Shown here: positions 9,671 to 18,255 of the stretch, piece after piece
Layout: each line of letters begins with the position of its first letter
How positions within the stretch are numbered: the first letter of the stretch is position 1
Source of the DNA: a virus
Lineage: Duplodnaviria > Caudoviricetes
Direction: 5' to 3' (one strand)
Length of the DNA: 53,001 bases
IMG/VR virus record: IMGVR_UViG_3300030102_005935
Location: 1-53,001 of that record
Notes under the pieces: model-generated
The model's input: the letters and a program-made list of their open reading frames with translations, nothing else
Database searches by the model: none
Told to the model about the DNA's origin: nothing
Program-made: the position numbers and the translations under genes

Positions 9671-9912
9671 AAACTATGGGTTGGTTGTTCAAAACACCCA
9701 GCGATGATGCAACAGAAGCCACGCTACGCGCTTTACACACACAAAATACTCTTGATACTTACTATGAACGCGGTAAAGCGTTGATTTTGTGTATAATTGT
9801 TGGAATCACTACCGCGCTTGGTGTTTCTTGGTTTGAACAATCAAGTGATATTAGTATTTGGGACAACACAGTTGAATGGTTTGTCAACAAAGTCCGCGGT
9901 TGGGTGGGGTGA
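9667..9912 (+). CDS. Small single-TM membrane protein (likely start ATG 9676)
   Basis: ALILCIIVGITTALGVSWF hydrophobic stretch and amphipathic Trp-rich C-terminus; coupled to neighbours. Confidence 0.8.
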   Translation: MKTMGWLFKTPSDDATEATLRALHTQNTLDTYYERGKALILCIIVGITTALGVSWFEQSSDISIWDNTVEWFVNKVRGWVG

Positions 9913-10635
9913 TTGGTTGCAACATTCGCTGGTAGCGCACTTATGGGTGCTGTTGTGTATGGCCGCGAATTGTATAATTTTCTTAAACCGCGCAGAATTG
10001 GCGTTTACGGTCCGACGCAAGTTGGAAAAACCACACTTGACCAATTTATGCGCACACCGGGAGAAATGGACGATATAGAGGAAAGGACGATGCACGCGAA
10101 ACGGTTATTTGGCGGAGGATATGTTCTTCCTAAAGCAACAAGGAAGCGTTTGCGCTGGAAAGGTGAAAAAAGAGTCGTGCATTCGGCTGATATTGGCGGT
10201 CAACAGCGTTTTTGGAATCTATGGATTGATGATATGGTTGATAGACAAGTGGAAATTGCTATTTTTATGACTGACACGCGTGTTTTGAAAGGTAATGGTG
10301 CGCAAATTATTGACGCAGTAGGTGGATTTGAGTATCTTGTTGACTCATTGATAGAAAAAAGATGGAAATATCGCTCTTTAAAATCAAGATTGAAAGGAAA
10401 ACGCTACGCTCCAAAGCAAATATGGCTTGTAGCGAACAAAGCCGATGAATGGTGGGACGAAAACGCTAACATTTTGTGGCAATCTAACCGATTGCGAGAA
10501 CATAAAGTGTTTGATGCACACCGTCCAGCCATGCGAAGACTACAAAAAGCAGGTATTCCGTGTCGTGTTAGCATGATGGCAACCAAAATCGGCTGGAATG
10601 TGGAAAAAACAATGATAGAAATGTTAAGTTGGTGA
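9913..10635 (+). CDS. Ras-superfamily (Arf/Sar-like) small GTPase with hydrophobic N-terminal helix
   Basis: G1 GPTQVGKTT, candidate G2 Thr (EERT), G3 DIGGQQRFWNLW, G4 VANKAD, G5-like MAT. Confidence 0.88.
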   Translation: MVATFAGSALMGAVVYGRELYNFLKPRRIGVYGPTQVGKTTLDQFMRTPGEMDDIEERTMHAKRLFGGGYVLPKATRKRLRWKGEKRVVHSADIGGQQRFWNLWIDDMVDRQVEIAIFMTDTRVLKGNGAQIIDAVGGFEYLVDSLIEKRWKYRSLKSRLKGKRYAPKQIWLVANKADEWWDENANILWQSNRLREHKVFDAHRPAMRRLQKAGIPCRVSMMATKIGWNVEKTMIEMLSW

Positions 10636-10639
10636 TAAA

Positions 10640-11524
10640 ATGCTTGGAAATACACCCCAAAATGACCTATTACGCCTTGCCGCGCAAACACAGATGAGTC
10701 TTGCGCAGATGCAACAGCAAGCGACTGCACAAGCCGCGATGAATAACGCAAGTGAGCATATAGAAGTGCCACAAGTCAATTTTTACCCTTCACAACACCC
10801 AAACCCCAAAAAAGCGCGTAAAAAAGACATAAAACAGGCATATAAACTGCTAAAACCGACAAAAAGAAGCATTTTTTCACCGCGAAGATGGTTATTTGGA
10901 GGAAAATACCGATATAACACCAACACAATGCGTTGTGTTATTGATGGGGCCGATATTGAACACCTTTTACGGCATGCTGGGAACATATATGAGCAAGTAA
11001 TTGACGAAGAAACTGGCAAATCATTGTGGGAATTATACTTCAAAAACCCCGTTACAGGCGAAGTTGAAGCCTTTGTAGCACGCGAAAATGTCACAAGTGG
11101 GCGTAAAATGCGCGGAACTTACTGCCCGGAACACTTACATTTGTATCATTTACTATGTAAATGGGAGAAAGAAGAAGAAAAAGAGCAAGAAGCGGAAACA
11201 GGAACGCTAAAAGCCAAGTTGAAAAAGGGTGTTTCAACCGTTGCTGTGCCATTAAGTAGTATCAAAAAGAAAGATAACACCCCTCCTATACTCGCAAAAT
11301 ACGAACCTTTCTTCCAAATGCTCAAACAAGACAACATTCCTATTACACATCTAACCAATACTGCTACCGGAGTCAACGATTTGGTAATGATTGTGTTTGA
11401 TATGCGACAATTCCAAGCAGGGAATAACGCAAGATTGCTTTTTGACGCTCTCGCGATGCATCAAATCCAACAGCAATCCGCGCCTTTACCTTTACCGACA
11501 GAATCAAATGATGGGAGCGCGTGA
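10640..11524 (+). CDS. Hypothetical protein, 294 aa, Q-rich N-terminus, possible split Zn site (CVID...YCPEH)
   Basis: ORF with GGTGA SD, in operon with the GTPase. Confidence 0.8.
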   Translation: MLGNTPQNDLLRLAAQTQMSLAQMQQQATAQAAMNNASEHIEVPQVNFYPSQHPNPKKARKKDIKQAYKLLKPTKRSIFSPRRWLFGGKYRYNTNTMRCVIDGADIEHLLRHAGNIYEQVIDEETGKSLWELYFKNPVTGEVEAFVARENVTSGRKMRGTYCPEHLHLYHLLCKWEKEEEKEQEAETGTLKAKLKKGVSTVAVPLSSIKKKDNTPPILAKYEPFFQMLKQDNIPITHLTNTATGVNDLVMIVFDMRQFQAGNNARLLFDALAMHQIQQQSAPLPLPTESNDGSA

Positions 11525-11533
11525 GGTGGTATC

Positions 11534-12115
11534 ATGGTATGGCCGTTTAATAGTAATAATCAGCAAAACCAACAACCAAATGGTGCTTTGAATCTCGGTT
11601 TAGCGGGTGGACAACAGCAAGTTCCGGTGCAGGGACAGCAACAACAGTGGGGACAACAGCAATATGGTTTCCAATATCAAGCACCTCCGAGTGAAATGGA
11701 GATATTATCCGCGATGATAACTACAAATCCAATGATAGACAAGTGGTTATCGGACAACAACGGTGATAATATGAATATGCTTGTGTCGCTTTTAAGTAGT
11801 TTAGTTGCGGTTTCAATCAATACTCTTCTTGCGAATGCGCGTTTAGTTGAAGATGGAGATGGATATAAGTTTGATTTTAGCGGCGTTCAAGGTATGCCAA
11901 CGGCTGATAGCGTCATGATGAGTCAAACACAAATACTCAACAAGGCATCTAACAATGTTCAACAAAAATCTATGGAATTTCAACAAATGGTTAACCTTGC
12001 GAACCAAAGCGTGATGCAAGGTATGTTGAATGATGCTATGGCTGACCCCGGATTGATGCAAAATGTTGGTGGCGGTATTGGCTCATTCCTTCGCGGTGTT
12101 ACAACAGGACGGTGA
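11534..12115 (+). CDS. Hypothetical Q/N/M-rich protein, 193 aa
   Basis: GAGGTGG SD; low-complexity N-terminus, central hydrophobic helix, amphipathic C-terminus. Confidence 0.8.
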   Translation: MVWPFNSNNQQNQQPNGALNLGLAGGQQQVPVQGQQQQWGQQQYGFQYQAPPSEMEILSAMITTNPMIDKWLSDNNGDNMNMLVSLLSSLVAVSINTLLANARLVEDGDGYKFDFSGVQGMPTADSVMMSQTQILNKASNNVQQKSMEFQQMVNLANQSVMQGMLNDAMADPGLMQNVGGGIGSFLRGVTTGR

Positions 12116-12354
12116 TGATTATGGATATGACATCTTTTTTTACAACAGTTAGTGATATGACTAATTTGCGCAAATCTGTCGTAGTTGACATGATTATGGT
12201 TCAACTTATCTCTTTGACACTCGGTTGTTTCATGCTTTTAGTGTTTTCCGGCCCCGATATGACATCAAAAGACCTAAGTTGGGTCATAGGTGCATTATTC
12301 ATCTGTTTCAGTGCTACTGGTATCGTTTATCGTCGCCTCGGACAACAAGGTTGA
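12112..12354 (+). CDS. Small 2-TM membrane protein (holin-like topology)
   Basis: Two hydrophobic segments and basic C-terminus YRRLG; GGTGA SD before ATG 12121. Confidence 0.78.
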   Translation: MMIMDMTSFFTTVSDMTNLRKSVVVDMIMVQLISLTLGCFMLLVFSGPDMTSKDLSWVIGALFICFSATGIVYRRLGQQG

Positions 12355-12603
12355 CCATTTACCAACTGGACATTCACTATTTTTCAAAATAGTTTTTGTT
12401 TTGATAAAACAACCACATAGACTACATCTATCGTGATTTCTTTCGGGGCATTTCAAACAAATGTTGTAACGACGCTCTCTTTCTGTTAAGTCTGCGCGTT
12501 GGTTAGTGATTAAATCAGCCGCGGCTCGCGAAAGACTCTTCGCTGTGCCTAATGAGATTGGAATTCCCGCTACTTTTGGGGCGCGACCTAACCTTTTTCT
12601 CAT
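12295..12603 (-). CDS. Small Cys-rich protein (DUF6171-like)
   Basis: RYNICLKCP...RCSLCGCF..KT.L....CPVGKW pattern common in viral Zn-binding proteins. Confidence 0.75.
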   Translation of the reverse strand: MRKRLGRAPKVAGIPISLGTAKSLSRAAADLITNQRADLTERERRYNICLKCPERNHDRCSLCGCFIKTKTILKNSECPVGKWSTLLSEATINDTSSTETDE

Positions 12604-12640
12604 GGAAACCCTCTTTTGCTACAACTACTTGGTCTTTACT

Positions 12641-13309
12641 ATGGCGGAGCGTATATCAAGAGCATCTTGTAAGTTCTGTCAAGACCCCGACCGCGATGGT
12701 ATTGAGGAAATGATGAAGGCTGGATTGATTACTGCGAAGCAGTTAGATAAAGACAAAGGCTGGCGAGAAGGAACCGCTGACAGACATTTTCGCAACCACG
12801 CGGGGGAATATCACATGGGGAGTAACAGCGAATGTCCTCTTTGCACATCTCCCCAACGAGAAAATCTTGAAATGGCTTATTTTAATGCCAGTATGACTGT
12901 TGAAGAAATCGCACAAGAATTACAAATGCCCGAATCAAGCGTGTATCACCATCTCAAGCATCATCTTAAGCCAATAGTGCAAAAAGGCGCGGCGGATATT
13001 ATCATAATTGAAGCAGGTAAAGAAATGGACAGTCTAAGAACAAACTTGGCGCGAATCAATGGTGAGTTAGGTCATTTCCTTGACGATGCAGACCGCAATG
13101 ACCCGCAATATGTTCGCAACATAGTATCTTTGCACAAAGAAGTTCGCGAAACAGTCAAAGACATCATGAGAGTGCAAGAGCGCGCGGCTGGAACTACTAA
13201 CGAAAACATGACTGCACAAACCATAAACATACTCAAAGTTGAATTAGCGAAAGAGTCCCCCGAAGTGTGGGCGCGACTACGCGGCAAGTTGATGGGAGGT
13301 GATGAATGA
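12641..13309 (+). CDS. Putative terminase small subunit / HTH DNA-binding protein (start revised to ATG 12641)
   Basis: Two repeats of CxxC-helix-HTH-HxxxH (CKFCQ..HFRNH; CPLCT..HLKHH) followed by a coiled coil; lies upstream of TerL. Confidence 0.6.
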   Translation: MAERISRASCKFCQDPDRDGIEEMMKAGLITAKQLDKDKGWREGTADRHFRNHAGEYHMGSNSECPLCTSPQRENLEMAYFNASMTVEEIAQELQMPESSVYHHLKHHLKPIVQKGAADIIIIEAGKEMDSLRTNLARINGELGHFLDDADRNDPQYVRNIVSLHKEVRETVKDIMRVQERAAGTTNENMTAQTINILKVELAKESPEVWARLRGKLMGGDE

Positions 13310-14607
13310 TGGTAGGTGGACCCGAAGGTAGCACCGCAGGTATGCGTTTTAATCCCCGCGAAAGTGCAGAAGAATTACAAGATGACTCTTCAGTTGGTCG
13401 TGAAGATTCCGAAGAGCGTGCTTTGCATGATGCGAAGAAGAGGGAGAAACAAGAGAAACGCGCTAAAATGATGCAAGGTCTTCAACACATGAAGATAAAA
13501 ATACCACAAAAACGCGATGATGAAGAAGATAGCGACATGAAAAGACAGGCCGAGGCCGGTCAAATGTCCGGTCAAGTTGGTCAAAATGAGGCTATTGATG
13601 GCGCAAACCCACGCGGTAGTTTTGGTGGTGGTGCTGGAATGAACATGTTGTTGTCATCAGCACCTTTCATTGATGACGCTTTTGACATGATTCGCAAAAA
13701 GAAAAACGATGGGCCGAAGTTTGATGACGATAAACCCAAAAAGACAACAACTATTGATACTGTTCTTTCACGAAGGCGCGCTAAAAAAGGTAGGCGTAAG
13801 AAAAAGATGGGTAAAACCACTGAATCTTTCAAAGGTAGGCAAGGTAAAAGCAAAAAGAAACTCTTTGGTAATGTCACAAGGCCGGGTTATGTTCGTAATC
13901 CCGCTGCAATGACAGCGTTAAGAGGTGGTCAAGCACCTTACCAAACATTCGGTTTGATGGGTTCACGCAGACAATCTCCAACAGCACCGAGATTCTTGAC
14001 TGTTTCATCGGGAAGAAGTCGTGCAAGACAGGCTACTAACCCACGAACAAAATTAGGTCAAGATGTTCGTCAAGAAGTTCGTCAAGACACCCCAACTCAA
14101 GATTTGACCCCTCCTACTCCAACTGTGACACCGGAAGCGAGAATAGCACGCGCTGTTCGTGGTTCACGCGATTCTCGTCCACATAAAAAGGCAACAAGAC
14201 AACCAAGAACTGCATCAACACCCGGTGGTAAAGATTTAACAGAAGCAATATCGTTTGGAGGTGGTGCTTCTGCTATGGCCGCGGGCGGTATTGGTTCAAC
14301 AGACGACGCTATATTAGCCTCCGAAGAGTTCTTACTTAAGCGCGCGCAGAAGTTGAAATTAGGAATATCTGCTCGCGACCGTATTGAATATCGTCAATTG
14401 ATAGACCAACTCAATCATCTATTGCGCCGATTAATGCGTAAAGAGGATAAGTCAATGCAGGGTGCTGATGAAAAATCGTCACCTAACTCATCGGGTGGTC
14501 TTTCATCTAATCCAACAGGGGCTACTGAAACAGACCCCGATGACGACGCTACGCGATGGGGCGCACACCCTTACGATTTGTATGTTAGGAGAGGTGGTGT
14601 AGGTTGA
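13306..14607 (+). CDS. Hypothetical low-complexity basic protein, 433 aa (possible internal head protein)
   Basis: GGAGGTGA SD; K/R-rich and apparently disordered. Confidence 0.85.
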   Translation: MMVGGPEGSTAGMRFNPRESAEELQDDSSVGREDSEERALHDAKKREKQEKRAKMMQGLQHMKIKIPQKRDDEEDSDMKRQAEAGQMSGQVGQNEAIDGANPRGSFGGGAGMNMLLSSAPFIDDAFDMIRKKKNDGPKFDDDKPKKTTTIDTVLSRRRAKKGRRKKKMGKTTESFKGRQGKSKKKLFGNVTRPGYVRNPAAMTALRGGQAPYQTFGLMGSRRQSPTAPRFLTVSSGRSRARQATNPRTKLGQDVRQEVRQDTPTQDLTPPTPTVTPEARIARAVRGSRDSRPHKKATRQPRTASTPGGKDLTEAISFGGGASAMAAGGIGSTDDAILASEEFLLKRAQKLKLGISARDRIEYRQLIDQLNHLLRRLMRKEDKSMQGADEKSSPNSSGGLSSNPTGATETDPDDDATRWGAHPYDLYVRRGGVG

Positions 14608-16415
14608 GCGATATTATCCTAAAAGGAGAAGGAGTGTTTTACTTTGATGGTAAAGAATATCACGACCAAACCTTTCCTCCCGAAGAATCCGACCACGAAA
14701 ACATCTCTCATTTTCATATCAACAGTAAAACAGGAAAACCGTTCAAAGAACTTGAGGGTAAGGGTTTAGTCGGTAAATGGCCTATGGAAATCGCTGCTGG
14801 TATTTTGGCTCGCGAAATCATGGAGCAAGGATACAAAGACGAAAACGGTGTAAGAAGAAAACCTACAACCGAAAGCGATGCTTTGCGTAGCGCGAAAAGA
14901 ATGATGAACGAAGCAACAGAAGATTTCAATAAGACAAAAAGAGCAGCAGGTGATGATTATCACACATTAAAAACACCGTTTGATTTAGCAAATGGCGGTA
15001 TATTACACCCCGAATATGCAACCAATCATTATGGTGGACACGAATCTCGTCGTAAATCAACAGCAGAAAGAAGAACGCGAACAGATGATGGGAGATTAAT
15101 TGTTAATCACCCGCGTAATCAAGCGCATGAAAAACTTGGTCAACATCTTGAGTCTGCTGCTTTACACATTTTTGATGAATTAGAACAGCGCGCAAAAAAG
15201 AACGGTATCAAAACTTCTTTGGGTGCTGAACAAAATGTCATTGAACCTCAGCAACTTACGCAGGGTATCACACATCGTTATACTTCTAACGACAAACCGC
15301 CGGGTCATAGAGAACACAAGATAGTCCCCTCTCATTACAAAGATTTGCACGCTCAAACTGCTGCTTATGGACAAATATCTCCGATGGATATTGTGTCTGT
15401 TTTACCATCGGACTTCTTCTATCCGTCAACAGCCGGTGGTATGTCAACAAGAATAATGAATCAACTTATGGAAATGGGATATGACCAACCAACGGCGAGG
15501 GCTATGGCTCGCGCTCCCGTCAATCAGTTGTTATACGGTAGTGGTAAAGAAGGAAGAGAAAGCGGTCTTAACAAAGTAGTTCGTAACATGCGCGCTAAAA
15601 TGCAAGTTGATGACAACGACGATATACATGCTATGTTCAAAAACCATCTATCTCATATCGCACCTAAGATAAGAGGTGGCGATAATGGAAGAAATAACAA
15701 AGCGATTGAAATATTGGCTCTATTGAAAACTGGTGAAGAGTTAGGTGTTGAGCCAGCAGATTACTCAATGTATCCATCAGCACCAGCGAGCGTGATGGAT
15801 AATTGGCGCGAAGTCGCTCTTTCTCAAGGTGGCTCAACTATTGATATGGCCGCACTTGGTAGTGTTGATGAAAGACATGATATGCGCGGTAATTTAGTTT
15901 CACAAGATAGTTATCATCGTCATGAAAAATTCCCATCTTATTTGAGCGGTGGTTCCTTTGCTGATATTTTACCACCTACCCCTATTGTTGAAGAACCGTT
16001 GAGTCAACCTCCCGCCGTGGACTTTGATAATATAGAAGAAGAGCCACCAGTGCCACCGCAACAAATAGACCCTCTTGGTCAACAACCTCGTTATCCATTA
16101 CAAGATTTAGGTTTTAGCGACATGTCTCAATTCAATCCATTCCAATTGTCCGATGATGACCCAATGGGTGTTATCGCGACAATCATGGAGCGTGTGCAAA
16201 TGCATGACGCAGGTGGCTCTTTGTTAGTAAAATATGACCCTATGGATAATTATGACATGCATAAATTGGGTCAAAATGTAGGCATGTCAAGTAATGATGT
16301 TCGCGCGATTGCAATGTCGCTTGGTGATTGGGAGATTATAGCGAAATCTTTTAACACTACGCACGATGTGGTTCGCGCTATTAAGAGGTCAGTAGGAGGC
16401 GCGCTAAATGGTTGA
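14604..16415 (+). CDS. Hypothetical protein, 603 aa
   Basis: TTG start overlapping the previous stop; His-rich; N-terminal MSDIILKG. Confidence 0.85.
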   Translation: MSDIILKGEGVFYFDGKEYHDQTFPPEESDHENISHFHINSKTGKPFKELEGKGLVGKWPMEIAAGILAREIMEQGYKDENGVRRKPTTESDALRSAKRMMNEATEDFNKTKRAAGDDYHTLKTPFDLANGGILHPEYATNHYGGHESRRKSTAERRTRTDDGRLIVNHPRNQAHEKLGQHLESAALHIFDELEQRAKKNGIKTSLGAEQNVIEPQQLTQGITHRYTSNDKPPGHREHKIVPSHYKDLHAQTAAYGQISPMDIVSVLPSDFFYPSTAGGMSTRIMNQLMEMGYDQPTARAMARAPVNQLLYGSGKEGRESGLNKVVRNMRAKMQVDDNDDIHAMFKNHLSHIAPKIRGGDNGRNNKAIEILALLKTGEELGVEPADYSMYPSAPASVMDNWREVALSQGGSTIDMAALGSVDERHDMRGNLVSQDSYHRHEKFPSYLSGGSFADILPPTPIVEEPLSQPPAVDFDNIEEEPPVPPQQIDPLGQQPRYPLQDLGFSDMSQFNPFQLSDDDPMGVIATIMERVQMHDAGGSLLVKYDPMDNYDMHKLGQNVGMSSNDVRAIAMSLGDWEIIAKSFNTTHDVVRAIKRSVGGALNG

Positions 16416-18249
16416 ATTATGGGAAATAGAATGGAATAGTAGTATGATACAACATGGTCGTGACTTAGGCACGATGGAATTTATCTTTGCAAAAGGCGGC
16501 AACCTCTCGGATATGAACTATGTCATGTTTGATGTTCAAGACAATACTTGGGAACCTCTCATCAAGGCTGTCGCGGAGCGCGACCATTCTCATCCCGACA
16601 TCATTCGTAAGAATGTTCCTCAACAACAACAACAACCGTTTTTCATGGATAACAGTCAACAAGGTGCATTACCGTTTATGGGAACAGGTGCAAGAAGCGC
16701 AAGAGAAATGAACAGACTTTACAACGCTGGTCAGCGAGCAGCAGACCTCCAAAATTACGCTCAAGACCCCAGCGCAATGAACGCTTTGCGCGCTGGTAAA
16801 TACGGAACTGCCGCAGGTAAAGGTTTGATAAATGTAGGTCGTGGTATTATGCAAGGTGCGCGAGCCACCCGCGATTACATGAGAGACACAGCCGGACCTA
16901 AGATGAAAGAAATGGCTGGTCGTGGCGTGGAAGCGGCTGGTCGTGGTCTAAGTGCGGCAAAAGACATGACTGGTCGTGGCCTAAGTGCGGCAAAAGACAT
17001 GACTGGTCGTGGGCTAAGTGCAGCAGCAGACATGGCTGGTCGTGGGCTTCAAGCAGTCAAAGACAGCGGTTTAGGTGAGCGTATGAAGAACTTTATGAGC
17101 GGTGCGGGTCGTGCAATCAGCGATTTGCGATTCTTACCGCAAGCAGCAAAGCAATCATACAAACAAATGGTAGCCGCAGGTGAAGACGAGGCTCGTCGTT
17201 CAGCACTTGAAGGCGGTCTTAGTCGCGGACAAAAAGAAATTGACGACGCATCAAGAAGGGCAGTTCCGGGTTCGCAGTTTTATGATTCCGAAATGGACCG
17301 AGCGCGAGCAAGCACAAGTCAAGGACTCTCTCGCGATTTCAATATCACTCCAAGAGTTCACGAAAAAGGTAAGAACAAAGGACAACCGATGGAATCAGTT
17401 GAAGATGCTATGCGCCGCGAAATTCAAGAAATTGGTGAAAGACGCAAATTACCAAAAGAAGGTTTCTTCGCTGGTATGAGGCGACGCGGTGATGAGCGAC
17501 GAGAGGCGAAAGCGGCACAACAACGAGGTGATGCGTTTGCTCCATCTAACATCGTGCCGGAAGAACCACCTAAACTACCCGATGCACCAACACCGGAAGC
17601 AGAAGCGGCGGCTAATGCTGATGCGAAAGTCACAGATACAAATGAAGACATGAACATTGACTTCGGACCCGAAACAGGAACACCACCGGACACAGGTGTA
17701 GTTGGCCCTCAACCTTCACAGAAAGCAACAGACGCTATGGCGATATTTGACAAAGTGCAAGAAAACAAGCGCAAGCGAATGGGAATGGAAACCGCTACGG
17801 CGACTGAACCAACACGCGGGCAAAGTGCTGTTACTGGCGCAGGTATGAAAATAGGTGCAACCGCAGGTGATAGAGTCGCGGGTGGGTTAGATGAGTTCTT
17901 TGCACAACACGAAAAAACACCATTCGCTGACCGCGAAGCGGCAAGGCAAGCCATGTTACAAGGTAATATAGGAACGAGCAGAATGAAAGAGGCTGGTAAA
18001 TTCTCCGGTAAAACAGCAAAGGCTGTTGAGCAAGTGTTGACTGAAATGTATGGTCCAGCGCAAGCAAAAGCAATTGTTCAAGCCGCGGAGCAAGGTAATC
18101 CCGACGCTCAAGAAATTGTTGAAGAAGCCGCTGAAAAAACTGACAATAGCGACATGAACATTGACTTCGGAAGCGAAATGATGACTTTGAGCGCGGATGA
18201 ACATCAAGCGGCTTGGGATTCGTTGTTGAAGCAGATGAGTATTAGGTGA
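16408..18249 (+). CDS. Hypothetical Ala/Gly-rich protein, 613 aa, with 11-mer repeats and two DMNIDFG motifs
   Basis: GGAGG SD; GRGLSAAKDMT repeats; ends AAWDSLLKQMSIR. Confidence 0.85.
   Translation: MVELWEIEWNSSMIQHGRDLGTMEFIFAKGGNLSDMNYVMFDVQDNTWEPLIKAVAERDHSHPDIIRKNVPQQQQQPFFMDNSQQGALPFMGTGARSAREMNRLYNAGQRAADLQNYAQDPSAMNALRAGKYGTAAGKGLINVGRGIMQGARATRDYMRDTAGPKMKEMAGRGVEAAGRGLSAAKDMTGRGLSAAKDMTGRGLSAAADMAGRGLQAVKDSGLGERMKNFMSGAGRAISDLRFLPQAAKQSYKQMVAAGEDEARRSALEGGLSRGQKEIDDASRRAVPGSQFYDSEMDRARASTSQGLSRDFNITPRVHEKGKNKGQPMESVEDAMRREIQEIGERRKLPKEGFFAGMRRRGDERREAKAAQQRGDAFAPSNIVPEEPPKLPDAPTPEAEAAANADAKVTDTNEDMNIDFGPETGTPPDTGVVGPQPSQKATDAMAIFDKVQENKRKRMGMETATATEPTRGQSAVTGAGMKIGATAGDRVAGGLDEFFAQHEKTPFADREAARQAMLQGNIGTSRMKEAGKFSGKTAKAVEQVLTEMYGPAQAKAIVQAAEQGNPDAQEIVEEAAEKTDNSDMNIDFGSEMMTLSADEHQAAWDSLLKQMSIR
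16939..17064 (+). repeat. 33-bp coding tandem repeat (GRGLSAAKDMT, about 4 units)
   Basis: GGTCGTGGNCTAAGTGCGGCAAAAGACATGACT-like units starting at 16939, 16972, 17005, 17038. Confidence 0.9.
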
Positions 18250-18255
18250 TGGCGT

